Both the position numbers and the translations under genes were made by a program. The notes under the pieces are model-generated. The model made no database searches and had not been told where the DNA came from. It saw only the letters and a program-made list of their open reading frames with translations. Below are positions 62,145-64,000 of a DNA stretch of 64,000 bases, piece after piece. Numbering within the stretch: the stretch's first letter is position 1; each line of letters starts with the position of its first letter. This DNA comes from Ancylonema sp. (lineage: Eukaryota), in the NCBI GenBank assembly GCA_050230475.1, contig JBFLGF010000091.1, positions 1 to 64,000 of the forward strand, given 5' to 3'.

Positions 62145-63957
62145 TCTTAATCTCAAACATAATATAACCTTGATTGGGAAAAAATGTTACGATATTTTTT
62201 AAAAATCGTCATTTTATTTACCCGACAACAAAATATCATTAAACTTGGCATATATTTTCCTTACATTTCACTATTTCCTCCCCTATCTTATCCACTCAAT
62301 CCGCAAACTTCGCAGGGCCATAAAATTTCGCCATCATTCAGGAAGTGGTAAACACATAGACTAGAATCACTAGATCCTAAAACTGTTTCTGACTGGGCCC
62401 GGATCCAGGGGTACCAAAAAAAAGAAAAAATACATTTTTGGCCGTATGGGCGTATGCCGGACGTCCGCATTTGGCAAACGCCGTTTGGGCCGATATTTGT
62501 CGTTTGCATCCTACTATGATTCAAAGCGCGCCTGGCCCTTTGACGAAAAGGAAGCTTTCGGAAATATTATTGTCCACACTTGTGGTCCTAAATGATGAAA
62601 CGGGCGAGATGGTGCTTTGTAGGGAGATGATGATGCAGCGAGATAAATATTGTGTGGATACTTTTACAAAGGTTAGTAGTTTTCTTGCACGAAATTTTAC
62701 TTAGTCACGCTACATTCCCCTCCGAGTTGTGATGTCAAAATGCCCTTATTTTATTCCGTATCCCCGCTCGTGGTATAGATAAGAAAATAACCATCAATGT
62801 GTAGAGAAAATGTGGCTATGGATTTCATTATTAAGTCAGTAGGCAATTAGCGATGCTTCCAATAGTTTTCGCTTTGTTTGTCACTTCAATGCTTTGGTTA
62901 TTTTCTACATTTTAGACACTACTTCGCAGAATTCTTGTTCCAAGGTTTCCAAAAGTACCATACGTTGAAAGACGTTTAAGGAAAATATAACGTTATTTTG
63001 TGGATGTGAATGTGGTCGTGTATGGGCTCTTACAAAGGTGGTCAGTCCGGTTTTGACTACCCATTTCCAAATTTTTAAACACATTCATCCATTGGAAAGG
63101 AAAGTTTTTAGGGGCACCATTGTGGTCAAAGGTACTTAAAGTTATGTCTACCTAACAAATTTAACAATTTTGTGGTGACAATAAGTTAGAGTTTTGAGTT
63201 CATTAACCCCCACTAGGGTCTGAAAAAAGAACAGAAGTGTCAAAAAAAGTGTCATCCCTGGTTAGTCCTGCCGCTCGGCCGCGGATCCCGCCGTCCGGCA
63301 TCTTTTTCTAGCCCCCCGCCGTTTTTCCAGCCTCCATTCTTCCCGATCGGGTGGGATGCTGCCGCAGCTGTCATTTCGGGAAGGTTGGGAGTTGGGAATT
63401 TGGGAAGTCGCCGAGAAAAGACGACCACGGCGAGATCCGCGTTGACGCCATTTCACCACGGTAACAATTCGGTTTACCGGTACAACAGACCTTCAGAAAT
63501 ATAAAAATGGCTGCTTGTGGCAAACTAGAAAGGGAATAGCCATGGGAGGCTGGCGCCTGCTTTCGTATTAGAGACGTGTTGCTTGGTTTCTCGTAGTGGG
63601 GGTCTCGACGTGTGGTCCATCGTCGTTAGATGTAGTGCCATGGCATGATGTCTATGAGCTGTCGCCAAGTTCTATTGCCACCGCCTGAGAGAAGTGCTTG
63701 CCTTGTGGCCTCTCCTCTTTCCACATAATACATTCTTTGCCACAAAATTCCCTACTTTATTTAAAGTACCTCATCCTCAAAGTAGCACAAGAATGCCGAG
63801 CGTTTTTGATCGTTTTACTTCCCCCTATAAATGGGGTCGCTTAGCCGACCAGAGCGATCAGCCACTGCAGAGTCCCCGTGTGGGAGGGTCGGTGGAGATG
63901 CAAAGCCCGCGAATGAACATCGCAAATACACTTCACACCACTCATAGAACTGTCTTC

Positions 63958-64000
63958 TGTAACGACCCGCGCTCCGGGTACCAGTTTGGATACAAGGTTA
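63958..64000 (+). mobile_element. Possible start of an LTR at the window edge
   Basis: TGTAACGACCCG resembles a common plant Gypsy LTR 5' end; only 43 bp visible. Confidence 0.35.

Noticed and set aside
1..64000. CRISPR arrays, operons, rRNA or tRNA genes
   Set aside because: The sequence is eukaryotic and none were seen; tandem repeats lack unique spacers.

Overview
Eukaryotic, intron-rich nuclear DNA from the green-plant lineage. The protein families are plant-type; a streptophyte alga or early land plant is plausible but the sequence alone cannot fix this. Five spliced host genes can be reconstructed: a plastid-type alpha/beta hydrolase, a GT14/GlcAT14-type glycosyltransferase, a GGCT/AIG2-like gene, TSR1 and a MATH-BTB gene. 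There is also one intronless orphan secreted Pro/Gln-rich protein. They sit among decayed LTR retrotransposons (two copies of one Copia family, a Gypsy nested in a Copia, a chromovirus fragment plus its solo LTR, and an RT-less protease/zinc-knuckle element) and MITEs. The main signal not visible in the ORF track is non-coding RNA at TSR1. Intron 14 carries a box C/D snoRNA pair: a long U15-like double guide and a U35/snR73-like guide. A second U15-like copy lies just downstream of the gene, and intron 7 holds an unexplained highly structured element with U6-antisense segments. Several introns also have complementary G-rich 5' and C-rich 3' ends. All family assignments are by motif recognition; no database search was run.
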